The notes under the pieces are model-generated. The model made no database searches and was not told where the DNA came from. It saw nothing but the letters and a program-made list of their open reading frames with translations. Shown here piece by piece: positions 8,900-18,807 of a stretch of DNA of 64,000 nucleotides. The translations under genes were made by a program, and so were the position numbers. Each line of letters begins with the position of its first letter. Position 1 is the stretch's first letter. Origin of the DNA: Bacillota bacterium (GTDB lineage: Bacteria; Bacillota; Negativicutes; CTSoil-072); assembly GCA_017889545.1 (NCBI GenBank), contig JAGFZV010000008.1, positions 70,874 through 134,873 of the forward strand. Direction: 5' to 3'.

Positions 8900-11284
8900 T
8901 TACAAATGTGATAGTAGACCTTTGGCAATATTTACCGCTTGAACGCCGTCGGGGGCATACGCATCGGCTCCGGCGTGTTCAGCGTATTCGGCAGTAAGGA
9001 CTGCTCCCCCGACGATGATTCGTGCGGCAGTATTCACCGCATGGAGTTTTTTGATGGTTTCATCGAGAGCAGGCAATGTAGTTGTCATTAAGGCACATAG
9101 ACCGATGATATCCGGTTTGTGTGTCTGCGCTGCATCAACAATCACTTGGGGAGAAACGTCTTTCCCAAGGTCAATGACACAAAAACCATTATTTTCCATA
9201 AGCGCAGCTACAATGTTTTTTCCAAGATCATGGATATCACCTTCCACTGTGGCAAGAAGAATGGTCCCAAGGCTGTCCATTGAGTGTGAAGGTAATGCTT
9301 CTTTAATTGTCAAAAAGGCTGCTCGCATGGTTTCCGCGGCTAGCATGACTTGCGGCAAATAGCAGCGTCCGGCGCCAAATTCCGTGCCAACTTCATTCAT
9401 GGCCGAAGTGAGGGCTTTATCTGTAATTTCGACCGGTGAATGCCCGGCCTGTAAGGCGGCTTTTATTAAAGGGATCACGCTTTCTTTTTCACCGTTGAGG
9501 ACTGTTTGCCGTATTGCTTCGATCGGACCGGAAGGGAGGGGCGTATTTGCAGAAGAGAGGAGCGTTTCTTTAACACCGTGCCGTTTGATATAAAGTTTGC
9601 TGCCAACGTCATGACCGAGTAAGACGGCTGAGGTTGCCAAAGCATCTTGCATCAGAGGATCATATGGATTTAGTATTGGCGCATCCAATCCGGATGCCAG
9701 ACACATCGAGCAAAAAGCTGCATTTAATAAGTCGCGGCGAGGCAGGCCATAAGAAATGTTGCTTAATCCCATGGTCGTTGGATAACCAAAGTGCTTCCGG
9801 TATTCTCTCAAGGTTTCTAAAATACCTTGGCCAGCTTCCGGGTTGGCTGCCAAAGTTAATACCAACGCATCAAGAATGAAATCCGTATCTTTTAAGCCGA
9901 CCTTACGAGCTGCGTCGATCATCCTCTGAATAGTAGCGATTTTTTCAGAAGTAGATGCAGGTAATCCGGCGCCAGAGACTGGAAGGCATATTACTGCAGC
10001 GCCGTATTTTTTTGCCAGCGGTAAAAACTGCTCAAGACGTTTGGGTTCGGCCGTTAAAGAATTAATCAAAGCTCGTCCTGGATAATGCCGTAATCCTGCT
10101 TCTAAGGCAAATGGATCTGTTGTGTCGATGGAAAGAGGGGCAGCGACCAGCATCGACAGCGATTCAACAGCCTGTTTCATTATAGCTGACTGGTCGATAC
10201 CTGGCACGCCTAGATTGACATCCAGTATTTGCGCCCCAGCTTGGAGTTGCGCCAGCGCTTCTTTTTTTATTGAGGTAAAGTCTTTGGCCCGGATGTCAGC
10301 TGCCAATGCTTTTCGCCCCGTCGGATTAATACGTTCGCCTATAACAGCGGTCGGATAGTTTGCTCCCAGATAAACGGTCTTTGTCCGGCTTGTTAAGGCG
10401 GTTGCAATGAGATGCTGTGGGCGAGCCGGCGGTGTAGTCAGGTAGCCTCTGGCCTGCAATGCATCGCGAACCGCTTTGATATGTGCGGGAGTAGAGCCGC
10501 AGCATGCGCCAATATAGGATGCCCCTGCTTCTACTAATTGTGGCGCCCATAGTGCCATTTGGCTTGGTGTCATGGGAAAGACCGTGTGTCCATTCTCCAG
10601 ATGAGGCATGCCTGCATTCGGCTGTATGATAATTGGCAGATCCGTTGCGCGGGCAAACTTGGAGACGACATCCAAGAGCTGCTCCGGGCCGAGCGAGCAA
10701 TTAGCACCAACTACGCTTGCGCCAAGAGAGAAAAGGGTGATCGCTGCTGTTGTAGGATCGGTGCCGGTAACCGTACGGCCGTCTGAGCCGAATGAAAATT
10801 GGCAGATTATCGGCTTTTTTGTGGCTGCTTTTGCAGCTAATAAGGCAGCTCGCATTTCCTGTATATCGATGATCGTTTCGATGATGATCATGTCAACACC
10901 GGCGGTATCGAGACTTTTGATTTGTTCATAATATACATCAACGGTTGTTTCAAAAGGTTGCTCGCCCAGCGGTGTTATGAATTTGCCAGTAGGGCCAATG
11001 GAACCGGCAATTTGCGTATTCGTTCCGCATGCGTATCGCGCCGCTTGCACGGCCGCAGTATTCAGTTGAGCGACTTTATCTTGCAGGTTGTAATGGCTTA
11101 ATTTTATCCGGTTTGCTCCGAAGGTATTTGTTGTAATGATATCTGCTCCGGCAAGGACGTATTGTCGATGAATGTCTATTAATATTTGCGGTTGCTCGAT
11201 GTTCCATAATTCAGGGCAATAGCCTGCCGGCAGGCCTGCGTCTTGAAGCATCGTGCCCAGTCCGCCGTCAAAAATCTTTATCAT
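8900..11284 (-). CDS. metH: Methionine synthase, short form (homocysteine S-methyltransferase + pterin-binding + B12-binding domains; no activation domain)
   Basis: 794 aa; N-terminal Hcy-binding region, central pterin-binding barrel, C-terminal B12 motif GDIHDLGKN...; no AdoMet/reactivation domain in this ORF. Confidence 0.85.
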   Translation of the reverse strand: MIKIFDGGLGTMLQDAGLPAGYCPELWNIEQPQILIDIHRQYVLAGADIITTNTFGANRIKLSHYNLQDKVAQLNTAAVQAARYACGTNTQIAGSIGPTGKFITPLGEQPFETTVDVYYEQIKSLDTAGVDMIIIETIIDIQEMRAALLAAKAATKKPIICQFSFGSDGRTVTGTDPTTAAITLFSLGASVVGANCSLGPEQLLDVVSKFARATDLPIIIQPNAGMPHLENGHTVFPMTPSQMALWAPQLVEAGASYIGACCGSTPAHIKAVRDALQARGYLTTPPARPQHLIATALTSRTKTVYLGANYPTAVIGERINPTGRKALAADIRAKDFTSIKKEALAQLQAGAQILDVNLGVPGIDQSAIMKQAVESLSMLVAAPLSIDTTDPFALEAGLRHYPGRALINSLTAEPKRLEQFLPLAKKYGAAVICLPVSGAGLPASTSEKIATIQRMIDAARKVGLKDTDFILDALVLTLAANPEAGQGILETLREYRKHFGYPTTMGLSNISYGLPRRDLLNAAFCSMCLASGLDAPILNPYDPLMQDALATSAVLLGHDVGSKLYIKRHGVKETLLSSANTPLPSGPIEAIRQTVLNGEKESVIPLIKAALQAGHSPVEITDKALTSAMNEVGTEFGAGRCYLPQVMLAAETMRAAFLTIKEALPSHSMDSLGTILLATVEGDIHDLGKNIVAALMENNGFCVIDLGKDVSPQVIVDAAQTHKPDIIGLCALMTTTLPALDETIKKLHAVNTAARIIVGGAVLTAEYAEHAGADAYAPDGVQAVNIAKGLLSHL

Positions 11285-11969
11285 GCGGCATAGTCTCCTT
11301 TCGTGCTAAACAAGGCTCCTGCGTGCAATCTTGACAACTGAGATGATTTGAATTAATTGGATAACATTCGCTTTGCGTAGGATATAAGCCAATAATTGCG
11401 GTCACTGACTTACGCGGAACCAGCATGGCGGCGGCGGTTAAGCTGATGCCAAGAGTCGATCCGCCAGACAAGGGCAAAATTTCTTTTTGTGCCAAAATAT
11501 CCCAATCCCCATATCCAGGGCTGAAGCGGTTCCCGGTTGCCAGTCCTGCGGCAGCAGACTTGTGGCGAATCATCCGGCAGACTTCATCCGCTGTTTGCTC
11601 AACGGCTGCAGTACCGGCTGCATCAAGTAACAGCGCAGATGTATAAGCGTTATCGGTAAACCTCCGGGTAACTTCTTCTTCAAGTGCTGTGCCGATTGTT
11701 ACGGCTACAATAGCGACTTGCACTGCGCCGATAAGAAACCTTTGTATATTTTTCCCTTGCAATGGAACCGGCTCCGGCGTCAAAATTACATGCGAGATAT
11801 CGTCATAGACATATGTATTCCATACTGTCTGCGGGTTGACCAGTAACACGGCATCTCGCATTGCGGACTGAAGCATTTCTTCTGAAAATCCGGTTTTTGG
11901 GCCGAGGCCTGCGTAGCGGCGTACTTCGGAAAAATTTAAGTTTGTTATGGTTGGATAATAGGTTTGCAT
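11268..11969 (-). CDS. Putative stand-alone methionine synthase activation-domain protein
   Basis: 233 aa ORF directly upstream of and overlapping metH by 17 nt; good SD (AAGGAG); resemblance to MetH reactivation domain is from memory, not confirmed. Confidence 0.55.
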   Translation of the reverse strand: MQTYYPTITNLNFSEVRRYAGLGPKTGFSEEMLQSAMRDAVLLVNPQTVWNTYVYDDISHVILTPEPVPLQGKNIQRFLIGAVQVAIVAVTIGTALEEEVTRRFTDNAYTSALLLDAAGTAAVEQTADEVCRMIRHKSAAAGLATGNRFSPGYGDWDILAQKEILPLSGGSTLGISLTAAAMLVPRKSVTAIIGLYPTQSECYPINSNHLSCQDCTQEPCLARKETMPHDKDF

Positions 11970-12069
11970 TACGATCTCCTTTTGCAGTTCGTTTTTGGAT
12001 CGTAGTCTGAATAGACCCAGAGATCTTTAAGTTCTGTAACTTGCAAGAACAGAAGAATGTTTGAATTTA

Positions 12070-12106
12070 ATGATAGACTGCGGAGTCTTTTCTGTCAAGA
12101 AAAGAC
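12070..12106 (-). promoter_or_regulatory. Putative sigma-A promoter of the metH operon with overlapping 8-6-8 inverted repeat (operator candidate)
   Basis: Minus strand: TTGACA (12098-12093), 17-nt spacer, TATCAT (12075-12070). Inverted repeat GTCTTTTC-N6-GAAAAGAC at 12085-12106 overlaps the -35. Confidence 0.45.
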
Positions 12107-12310
12107 ATATGTTTCATGAGTTTGAAATGAATGGTCACATAGAATGTCGATTTTTAAGAACTTTTGTGAATTCATTGTTGAAATTTGATCAATGTAAAAT
12201 GAATATAATTACGAAACAAACAGTTAGAGGGCAGGATTTTATTGTCGTGCTAGGGAAACTACATTATAATATAATGATGGTTGTTGGATGTTTTATATGA
12301 GGTGAAAAAT

Positions 12311-13072
12311 GTGGTCAAAATAATTGCTATTGCCAATCAAAAAGGTGGTGTGGGAAAAACCACAACAGCGGTAAACTTGGGAGCATGTCTGGCACAGCTA
12401 GGGAAAAAAGTGTTATTAGTCGATATTGATCCACAAGGTAATTCTACCAGCGGACTGGGGTTCAATAAATCTAGTATGAAACGATGCACATACGATGTTT
12501 TGGTCAATGATGTTGACATGTCAGAAATTATCGTGCAAACAGAAATACAAAAATTATTTTTAGCGCCGGCCACAATTCAGTTGGCTGGAGCGGAAATTGA
12601 ATTGGTTTCTATTATGTCGCGCGAGACTCGCCTGAAGAGAGCGTTGGAGCAACTAAAATATCAGTATGAATTTGTGATTATCGATTGTCCTCCATCACTG
12701 GGGCTTCTTACGTTGAACGCTTTAACGGCGGCATCATCGGTTTTGGTTCCAATCCAATGCGAATTTTATGCTTTGGAAGGAGTTTCTCAGCTAATGAATA
12801 CAATTTCGTTAGTGCAGCGGAACTTGAACCCGGCATTGACATTGGAAGGAGTCTTAATGACAATGTTTGATGCGAGGACGAATTTATCTATTCAGGTGGT
12901 TGATGAAGTAAAAAAACATTTCCGTAATAAAGTATATCAAACGATTATTCCTCGTAACGTACGTTTAAGTGAAGCACCAAGTCATGGTCAGCCAGTTATC
13001 ATTTATGACTCAAAATCGAAAGGTGCGGAAGTTTATTTAGAACTGGCCAAGGAGGTGATCGGGGATGAGTAA
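12311..13072 (+). CDS. soj: Chromosome partitioning ATPase Soj/ParA
   Basis: Deviant Walker [18 protein letters not shown]; GTG start 12311 with SD GAGGTG (track start 12281 is upstream extension). Confidence 0.95.
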   Translation: MVKIIAIANQKGGVGKTTTAVNLGACLAQLGKKVLLVDIDPQGNSTSGLGFNKSSMKRCTYDVLVNDVDMSEIIVQTEIQKLFLAPATIQLAGAEIELVSIMSRETRLKRALEQLKYQYEFVIIDCPPSLGLLTLNALTAASSVLVPIQCEFYALEGVSQLMNTISLVQRNLNPALTLEGVLMTMFDARTNLSIQVVDEVKKHFRNKVYQTIIPRNVRLSEAPSHGQPVIIYDSKSKGAEVYLELAKEVIGDE

Positions 13073-13961
13073 GCGCGGTTTAGGACGTGGTTTGGATGCG
13101 TTGATTCCTTCTGCAGGAGATCAGGGAATGGATCAGGATAATATCAATGAAGTCGCTGTAAGGGATATTGTTGCGAACCGCTTCCAGCCCCGGAAAATTT
13201 TTGAACCGGAAAAATTGACAGAGTTGGCAGAGTCAATTAAACAGCATGGAATTTTACAGCCGGTTGTTGTTCGCAGAATGGCTCAGGGTTTTGAACTTGT
13301 CGCCGGTGAACGCCGTTGGCGCGCATCGCAGTTAGCGGGATTGAAAAATATTCCGGCAGTGATCCGTGATTATACAGATACGCAAATGATGGAGATTGCT
13401 TTGATTGAAAACCTGCAACGTCAGGATTTGAACCCTATTGAAGAAGCGGTGGCTTATCGACGGTTAATGGATGAATTTAATCTCACACAAGATATTGTAG
13501 CTCATCGTGTTGGGCGCAGCAGATCATATGTAGCAAATATGGTAAGGCTTATTCATTTGCCGGATACGATCCAGGATTTTGTTTCACGTGGAACATTAAC
13601 GATGGGACAAACAAGGCCGTTATTGGCATTAGAAAATGCCGATCTTCAGATGCAAGCTGCAAGGCGGATTATTGATGAAGATTTATCGGCTCGAGATGCG
13701 GAAGAACTGGTTCGTAATTTGGTAGATAGCCCGCCGGCACGAAAGGCTCCTCGGGCCATGCAAAAAGAATTTTTCATGGCGGATGCAGAAGATCGTCTTA
13801 AGATGTTATTGGGCACGAAGGTGCACATAAAACCAGGTAAGCTAAAGAGCAAGATAGAAATTGAATTCCATTCTGCAGAGGAACTGGACCGTATTATTGA
13901 AACGATGTCATCGTCAGCCTGTGTACCAACCCATAAGGTGAGGGCTACATTTGTTGTATAA
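13065..13961 (+). CDS. spo0J: Chromosome partitioning protein Spo0J/ParB
   Basis: ParB N-terminal domain ([10 protein letters not shown]...[14 protein letters not shown]) and HTH; overlaps soj stop; contains a parS site internally. Confidence 0.9.
   Translation: MSKRGLGRGLDALIPSAGDQGMDQDNINEVAVRDIVANRFQPRKIFEPEKLTELAESIKQHGILQPVVVRRMAQGFELVAGERRWRASQLAGLKNIPAVIRDYTDTQMMEIALIENLQRQDLNPIEEAVAYRRLMDEFNLTQDIVAHRVGRSRSYVANMVRLIHLPDTIQDFVSRGTLTMGQTRPLLALENADLQMQAARRIIDEDLSARDAEELVRNLVDSPPARKAPRAMQKEFFMADAEDRLKMLLGTKVHIKPGKLKSKIEIEFHSAEELDRIIETMSSSACVPTHKVRATFVV
13581..13596. promoter_or_regulatory. parS site inside spo0J
   Basis: TGTTTCACGTGGAACA; its reverse complement TGTTCCACGTGAAACA matches the canonical parS consensus TGTTNCACGTGAAACA. 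Confidence 0.8.
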
Positions 13962-14322
13962 AATCGCTATCAAGACGGGGCCTATCCTCGCTAGGTGAAA
14001 TAGGCTGTAGTTCGAAGCCAACAAAAAAATAGCATCGCGAAATTAGTGATTTCAAGCCTCAGACTAAATTTATCAAAAATTCAGTTGTTCTCTATTTCCC
14101 CCCACTTAAATAAGTGGGGGGCTTCTTGGGACTTAGTGGCTGAAACTGCCAGGATTTTTTGATCTTCCGGCTCCGGCGTTTCCTTTGCTTGATTGTCAGG
14201 TTGGATATTCAGATTCGTGCCCCATTAGATTTTGCACAGTATCGAAATTTTAGCTGAGGTCTACGTAAATTCTATCGATGTATATGACGGAAGTTTTAGT
14301 GCGGGTTAGTTATTGTGCATAT

Positions 14323-14338
14323 TGTTTCACGTGAAACA
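14323..14338. promoter_or_regulatory. parS site (perfect palindrome) in aspA 5' region
   Basis: TGTTTCACGTGAAACA within the 20-bp perfect palindrome ATTGTTTCACGTGAAACAAT (14321-14340), 28 nt upstream of the aspA start. Confidence 0.8.
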
Positions 14339-14365
14339 ATATGCAACAACAAGGGGAGTGGCGCA

Positions 14366-15763
14366 ATGCGCATAGAAGAAGACTTGCTTGGCGAACGGGA
14401 AATTCCAGCAGAAGCTTATTACGGGATACATACGGCAAGAGCTGTCGAAAATTTCCCGCTGACTCCTTATCGTGTCCATCCAAAATTAATCCGAGCAATC
14501 GCGTTAATCAAAAAAGCCGCAGCCGAAGTAAACTGTGAATTAAAATTCTTGCCAAAGGCAATTGCGGATCCGATAGTCCAGGCCGCTGAGGAAGTCTTAC
14601 AGGGGCAATGGCAGGATCAGTTTATTGTGGATGCCTTACAAGGCGGTGCAGGAACATCAACAAATATGAATGTCAATGAAGTTTTGGCGAACCGGGCGTT
14701 AGAGATTTTGGGAAAAGCAAGAGGCGAATACTCGGTTGTCCATCCTTTAAATCATGTTAATTTACAGCAATCAACAAATGATGTTTATCCCACCGGACTG
14801 CGGATTGCGGCCTTATGGTTGTTAAAATTGCTTAGTGAAGAATGTGCAGCACTACAGGAAGCATTACAAGAAAAAGAAGCGCAGTTTGCACACGTTATAA
14901 AGGTGGGTCGTACGGAAATGCAAGACGCCGTGCCAATAATGCTTGGACAGGAATTTAGCGCATATGCGCAAGCGATCGCACGCGATCGATGGCGTCTGTA
15001 TAAGGTAGAAGAGCGATTGCGCCAGGTAAACCTTGGAGGAACAGCCATCGGCACGGGGATCAACGCAGATAAAAAGTACATTTATATGGTGAATGACCGG
15101 GTTCGTATGCATGTCGGTTTTGGGCTGTCGAGAGCCGAAAATATGATTGATGCAACACAGAATGCCGATGTATTTGTAGAAGTATCGGGGCTTGTAAAAA
15201 CATTAGCGGTCAATTTGAGCAAAATTGCTCATGATTTGCGATTGCTATCATCCGGCCCATTCGCTGGATTGGGAGAAATCAGCCTGCCAGAGCGCCAAGC
15301 CGGGTCGTCCATTATGCCTGGAAAGGTTAACCCGGTTATCCCGGAAGCTGTTAACCAGGCGGCCTTTCACGTAATTGCCGGCGATGTTGCAATTACTCTG
15401 GCTGCACAATCCGGGCAATTGGAATTGAATTCTTTCATGCCGCTAATCGCACATCATTTGCTGGGAAATTTGGAACTATTAACGAACAGCGTTCGTGTTT
15501 TTCGTGTGTACTGTATTCAGGGGATTGTTGCGAATGAAGAACAATGCCGCTATTTGTTGGCGAATAGTCTTGCGTCAATTACTGCCTTGGTTCCATATAT
15601 TGGTTACGACCGTGTGTCGCATATCGCTCACTTAGTCGGAAAAGACGGACGATCGCTTGAGGAAATTGTCGTGGCCGAAAGTGGATTAACCTCTGAGGAA
15701 CTGGATAAGATACTCAATCCTAAGCGAATGACCAGCCCGGGAATAGCTCGTTTGCCGGATTAA
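14366..15763 (+). CDS. aspA: Aspartate ammonia-lyase (fumarase/aspartase family)
   Basis: N-terminus MRIEEDLLGEREIPAEAYYGIHTARAVENF (aspartase-like) and signature AGSSIMPGKVNPVIPE; ATG 14366 with SD AAGGGGAG. Confidence 0.8.
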   Translation: MRIEEDLLGEREIPAEAYYGIHTARAVENFPLTPYRVHPKLIRAIALIKKAAAEVNCELKFLPKAIADPIVQAAEEVLQGQWQDQFIVDALQGGAGTSTNMNVNEVLANRALEILGKARGEYSVVHPLNHVNLQQSTNDVYPTGLRIAALWLLKLLSEECAALQEALQEKEAQFAHVIKVGRTEMQDAVPIMLGQEFSAYAQAIARDRWRLYKVEERLRQVNLGGTAIGTGINADKKYIYMVNDRVRMHVGFGLSRAENMIDATQNADVFVEVSGLVKTLAVNLSKIAHDLRLLSSGPFAGLGEISLPERQAGSSIMPGKVNPVIPEAVNQAAFHVIAGDVAITLAAQSGQLELNSFMPLIAHHLLGNLELLTNSVRVFRVYCIQGIVANEEQCRYLLANSLASITALVPYIGYDRVSHIAHLVGKDGRSLEEIVVAESGLTSEELDKILNPKRMTSPGIARLPD

Positions 15764-15831
15764 TTTCTGCCGCTTTAATTCGAGACCGTATTATATGAGG
15801 CCATCATGAAAAGGCCGGATAGGAGCATAGA

Positions 15832-17058
15832 ATGGAAGAAACTCCAAAAGGATCAAGGCTGCACATTGCAATTTTTGGCCGCCGCAACGCTGGAAAGTCA
15901 AGTTTGATCAATGCATTAACTAACCAGGAAATCGCGTTAGTCTCCGATGTTCCAGGCACAACGACCGACCCGGTGTATAAGGCGATGGAGATATTGCCGA
16001 TCGGGCCGGTTATGATCATTGATACTGCAGGGATTGATGACGTCGGCGAATTAGGCGGTTTACGCGTGGAACGGACCATGCAAGTATTGAATAAGGCAGA
16101 TTTGGCGATCATTGTCATTGAACCGACCACGGGAATTGGCGATGCGGAAAAAGAACTTTTGAATTCAATCCGTAAACGCAGTATTCCAGTAGTGGGGGTT
16201 ATCAATAAAATTGACATCGACAGTGATAGTCAAAAACATTGTGAAGAATGGGGAACTATTTTAGGGTTACCGCTATTGCCCGTAAGTGCAAAAGAGCGGC
16301 GAGGGATCGAAGAACTAAAAACAATATTGATCAAGAATGCACCCGATGATTGGGAGGGGCCACCGATAATCGGTGATTTGGTTCAACCGGGCGATGCCGT
16401 TGTATTGGTCGTTCCAATTGATTTGGCAGCGCCAAAAGGCCGCCTGATTTTGCCGCAAGTTCAAACGATCAGGGATCTGCTTGACCATGATGCATATAGT
16501 ATCGTAGTAAAAGAGCGGGAATTGCGGGAAGCGTTGGATAATTTACGCAGGCCCCCTCGCTTGGTAGTTACGGATTCGCAGGAATTTCTGAAAGCTGCAG
16601 CAGATACCCCTCCGGACGTATTGTTGACTTCGTTTTCGATCCTGATGGCTCGTTATAAGGGCGATCTCAACACGTTAGTCGCAGGTGCGAAAGCGGTTGA
16701 TCATTTGCAGCCTGGGGATAAAATTCTTATTGCAGAGGGATGCACGCATCATCGGCAGGCGGATGATATCGGTCATGTAAAGATTCCGCGCTGGCTTCGG
16801 CAGCTTGTGGGCGGCGAACTTGATTTTCATTGGGTATCTGGCGGGACTTTCCCTCAGAACATTCAGCAATACAAACTCATTATCCATTGCGGTTCATGTA
16901 TGCTGAATAGACGGGAAATGTTATTCCGTTTGGCGACAGCACGGGAAGCAGGCGTTCCTATAGTAAACTACGGCGTGTTGATTGCTCACGTACATGGCAT
17001 CCTTAAACGAGCGCTATCACCGTTCCCTTTAGCTAAAATGATTCTGGAGGAGAATTAG
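15832..17058 (+). CDS. hydF: [FeFe]-hydrogenase maturation GTPase HydF
   Basis: N-terminal GTPase (GRRNAGKSSLINAL, DTAGID, NKID) and C-terminal cluster motif EGCTHH...HCGSCM. Confidence 0.8.
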   Translation: MEETPKGSRLHIAIFGRRNAGKSSLINALTNQEIALVSDVPGTTTDPVYKAMEILPIGPVMIIDTAGIDDVGELGGLRVERTMQVLNKADLAIIVIEPTTGIGDAEKELLNSIRKRSIPVVGVINKIDIDSDSQKHCEEWGTILGLPLLPVSAKERRGIEELKTILIKNAPDDWEGPPIIGDLVQPGDAVVLVVPIDLAAPKGRLILPQVQTIRDLLDHDAYSIVVKERELREALDNLRRPPRLVVTDSQEFLKAAADTPPDVLLTSFSILMARYKGDLNTLVAGAKAVDHLQPGDKILIAEGCTHHRQADDIGHVKIPRWLRQLVGGELDFHWVSGGTFPQNIQQYKLIIHCGSCMLNRREMLFRLATAREAGVPIVNYGVLIAHVHGILKRALSPFPLAKMILEEN

Positions 17059-17154
17059 GGACCTGTAAACGAAAACAAGAAAACTTAGGTGCGATAGTTG
17101 CCTTATTGCAATACGGTAGTTGGAGAAAACAGAAGACGAAAGGTGTGCAGGGAA

Positions 17155-17664
17155 ATGGAGATGAAAGCGCAACTCATCGCTTTGATCGTTAATAATTGGG
17201 AGTATGTTATCATTTCGATCTTTTTTATGTTGGTTTTTACACTAGTACTCTTTACATACAACTTGATGAAAATGAATAAGATGAAGAAGCGTTACCGGGC
17301 GATGATGCATGGAATGGAGCAAGCCAATTTAGAAGAAACATTGGTTGCACACGTTGAGGAACTTCGCAGGGCGTTGGTACAAGTAAAAAGTCTCCAGGAA
17401 GATTGCCAACGTTTGAATGCAACCACAAGCCATTGCCTGCAAAAGATAAATCTGGTGCGATATAATGCATTTGAAAATACCGGTAGTGATTTAAGTTTTG
17501 CGTTGGCGATGTTGGATTCTCATAATGATGGAGTCGTTGTTTCAAGTTTGTTTGGCCGCAATGAGTCACGGGTGTATGCAAAACCAATCGTCAAGGGACA
17601 ATCGACCTACTTTTTAACGGAAGAAGAACAACAGGCATTGCGGCAAGCTGGAGAAAAAAAATAA
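17155..17664 (+). CDS. DUF4446 family protein
   Basis: About 170 aa, N-terminal TM helix, coiled-coil, C-terminal region; start ATG 17155 or 17161. Confidence 0.6.
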   Translation: MEMKAQLIALIVNNWEYVIISIFFMLVFTLVLFTYNLMKMNKMKKRYRAMMHGMEQANLEETLVAHVEELRRALVQVKSLQEDCQRLNATTSHCLQKINLVRYNAFENTGSDLSFALAMLDSHNDGVVVSSLFGRNESRVYAKPIVKGQSTYFLTEEEQQALRQAGEKK

Positions 17665-17757
17665 TTCGCTAGGAAGGATTATTGGCAAACACAACGAATT
17701 ATTAATCTTGGCTAACGTAACGCACATTATACCGGTAAAGAAGGTGATCATATAGAT

Positions 17758-18678
17758 ATGATGAGACCGCGCAAGGCGGATAACCGTGAATATACCTTGA
17801 TGATTGTGCCCCATCAAGGGCAGTCGGTTATCAGTATGAAGATTCCAATTAAAGTGATAAAGGGCATGGCAGTCGCATTAAGCATTTTGATTTTGTTTTT
17901 TATGGGCGCTTTTGCGAATTATCGACATACAATCAACACAGCCAGCGCTGAAAAAGCGGAATTAGAAAGTTTGCGACAAACCAATGGCATGCAGCATCAG
18001 CAAATAGAACAAATTGCAAAAGAAACGGCTGTACTGCAGGAAGACCTGCGCCGGCTAAATCAGCTCGATAATGATGTTCGACGAATGATGAGCATGGAGG
18101 AGCAGCCGGAAGCATCGCGCTCAGGAACCGTAAGACCCAATGGCGCATTCAATGGGCAGGGCGGTCCAACGATTAAACCGGGAATCGATAATCTTGCCAA
18201 TTTGGTTCGGGAGATGCAGGCAAATGCAAAAGAACGGGAAAGTAGTCTTGAGGATCTTCGCGTTCGGATTATTGACCGTAATGCACGAGCAGCAGCTATG
18301 CCTTCAATTTGGCCGGCGAGCGGAGATGTTACTTCCCGCTTTGGCTGGCGATCCTCGCCTTGGGGATGGGGAAGCGATTGGCACCCGGGCATTGATATAG
18401 CAAATGACTATGGAACGCCGATCACCGCAACGGCTGACGGAAGAGTAATGTTTGCCGATTGGTACGGCGGATATGGAAAATTAATACAAATTGACCATGG
18501 GAATGGGATTGTAACTTTATACGGCCATAATTCCACAATGCTTGTTTCTCCAGGACAACAAGTGCGAAAAGGAGATATTATTGCGGAGATGGGAAGTACC
18601 GGCGCTAGCACCGGATCACACTGCCACTACGAAGTGCAAGTTAATGGAACTGCTGTGAACCCAGCTAGTTTTCTGTAA
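17758..18678 (+). CDS. M23 family metallopeptidase with N-terminal TM anchor and coiled-coil
   Basis: C-terminal LytM/M23 motifs HPGIDIA...GHNS...SHCHYEV; N-terminal hydrophobic segment and coiled-coil. Confidence 0.85.
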   Translation: MMRPRKADNREYTLMIVPHQGQSVISMKIPIKVIKGMAVALSILILFFMGAFANYRHTINTASAEKAELESLRQTNGMQHQQIEQIAKETAVLQEDLRRLNQLDNDVRRMMSMEEQPEASRSGTVRPNGAFNGQGGPTIKPGIDNLANLVREMQANAKERESSLEDLRVRIIDRNARAAAMPSIWPASGDVTSRFGWRSSPWGWGSDWHPGIDIANDYGTPITATADGRVMFADWYGGYGKLIQIDHGNGIVTLYGHNSTMLVSPGQQVRKGDIIAEMGSTGASTGSHCHYEVQVNGTAVNPASFL

Positions 18679-18698
18679 GGCTTATTTTAGTTCGGAAG

Positions 18699-18770
18699 GA
18701 AGTATAAAGTAAGACTAAGCTTCAGATGAGGTTAAAACTTCATCTGAAGCTTAGTCGCACTTATTTTAGT
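18699..18770 (-). repeat. Intergenic repeat copy A (modules M1+M2, inverted relative to copy C)
   Basis: gaagtataaagtaagact + hairpin aagcttcagatgagg/ttaaaa/cttcatctgaagctt + agtcgcacttattt; reverse complement matches aaataagtgcgactaaacttcagatgg...ccatctgaagc at 45623-45667. Confidence 0.7.
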
Positions 18771-18807
18771 CCAAAGGAAATATAATACCTGACGGGGAGA
18801 GTGAAGC

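Noticed and set aside
11970-12069. SAM (S-box) riboswitch upstream of the metH operon
   Set aside because: Leader is only about 90 nt and lacks the conserved S-box segments; regulation more likely via the inverted-repeat operator.
12061-12300. 79-aa ORF in the metH/soj intergenic region
   Set aside because: No SD, AT-rich, overlaps the putative metH promoter and operator and the soj upstream region; protein has no recognisable motifs.
14098-14121. GC hairpin ccccccacttaaataagtgggggg after spo0J as an intrinsic terminator
   Set aside because: Strong stem but followed by CTTCTT rather than a U-tract on either strand; cannot be called a terminator with confidence.
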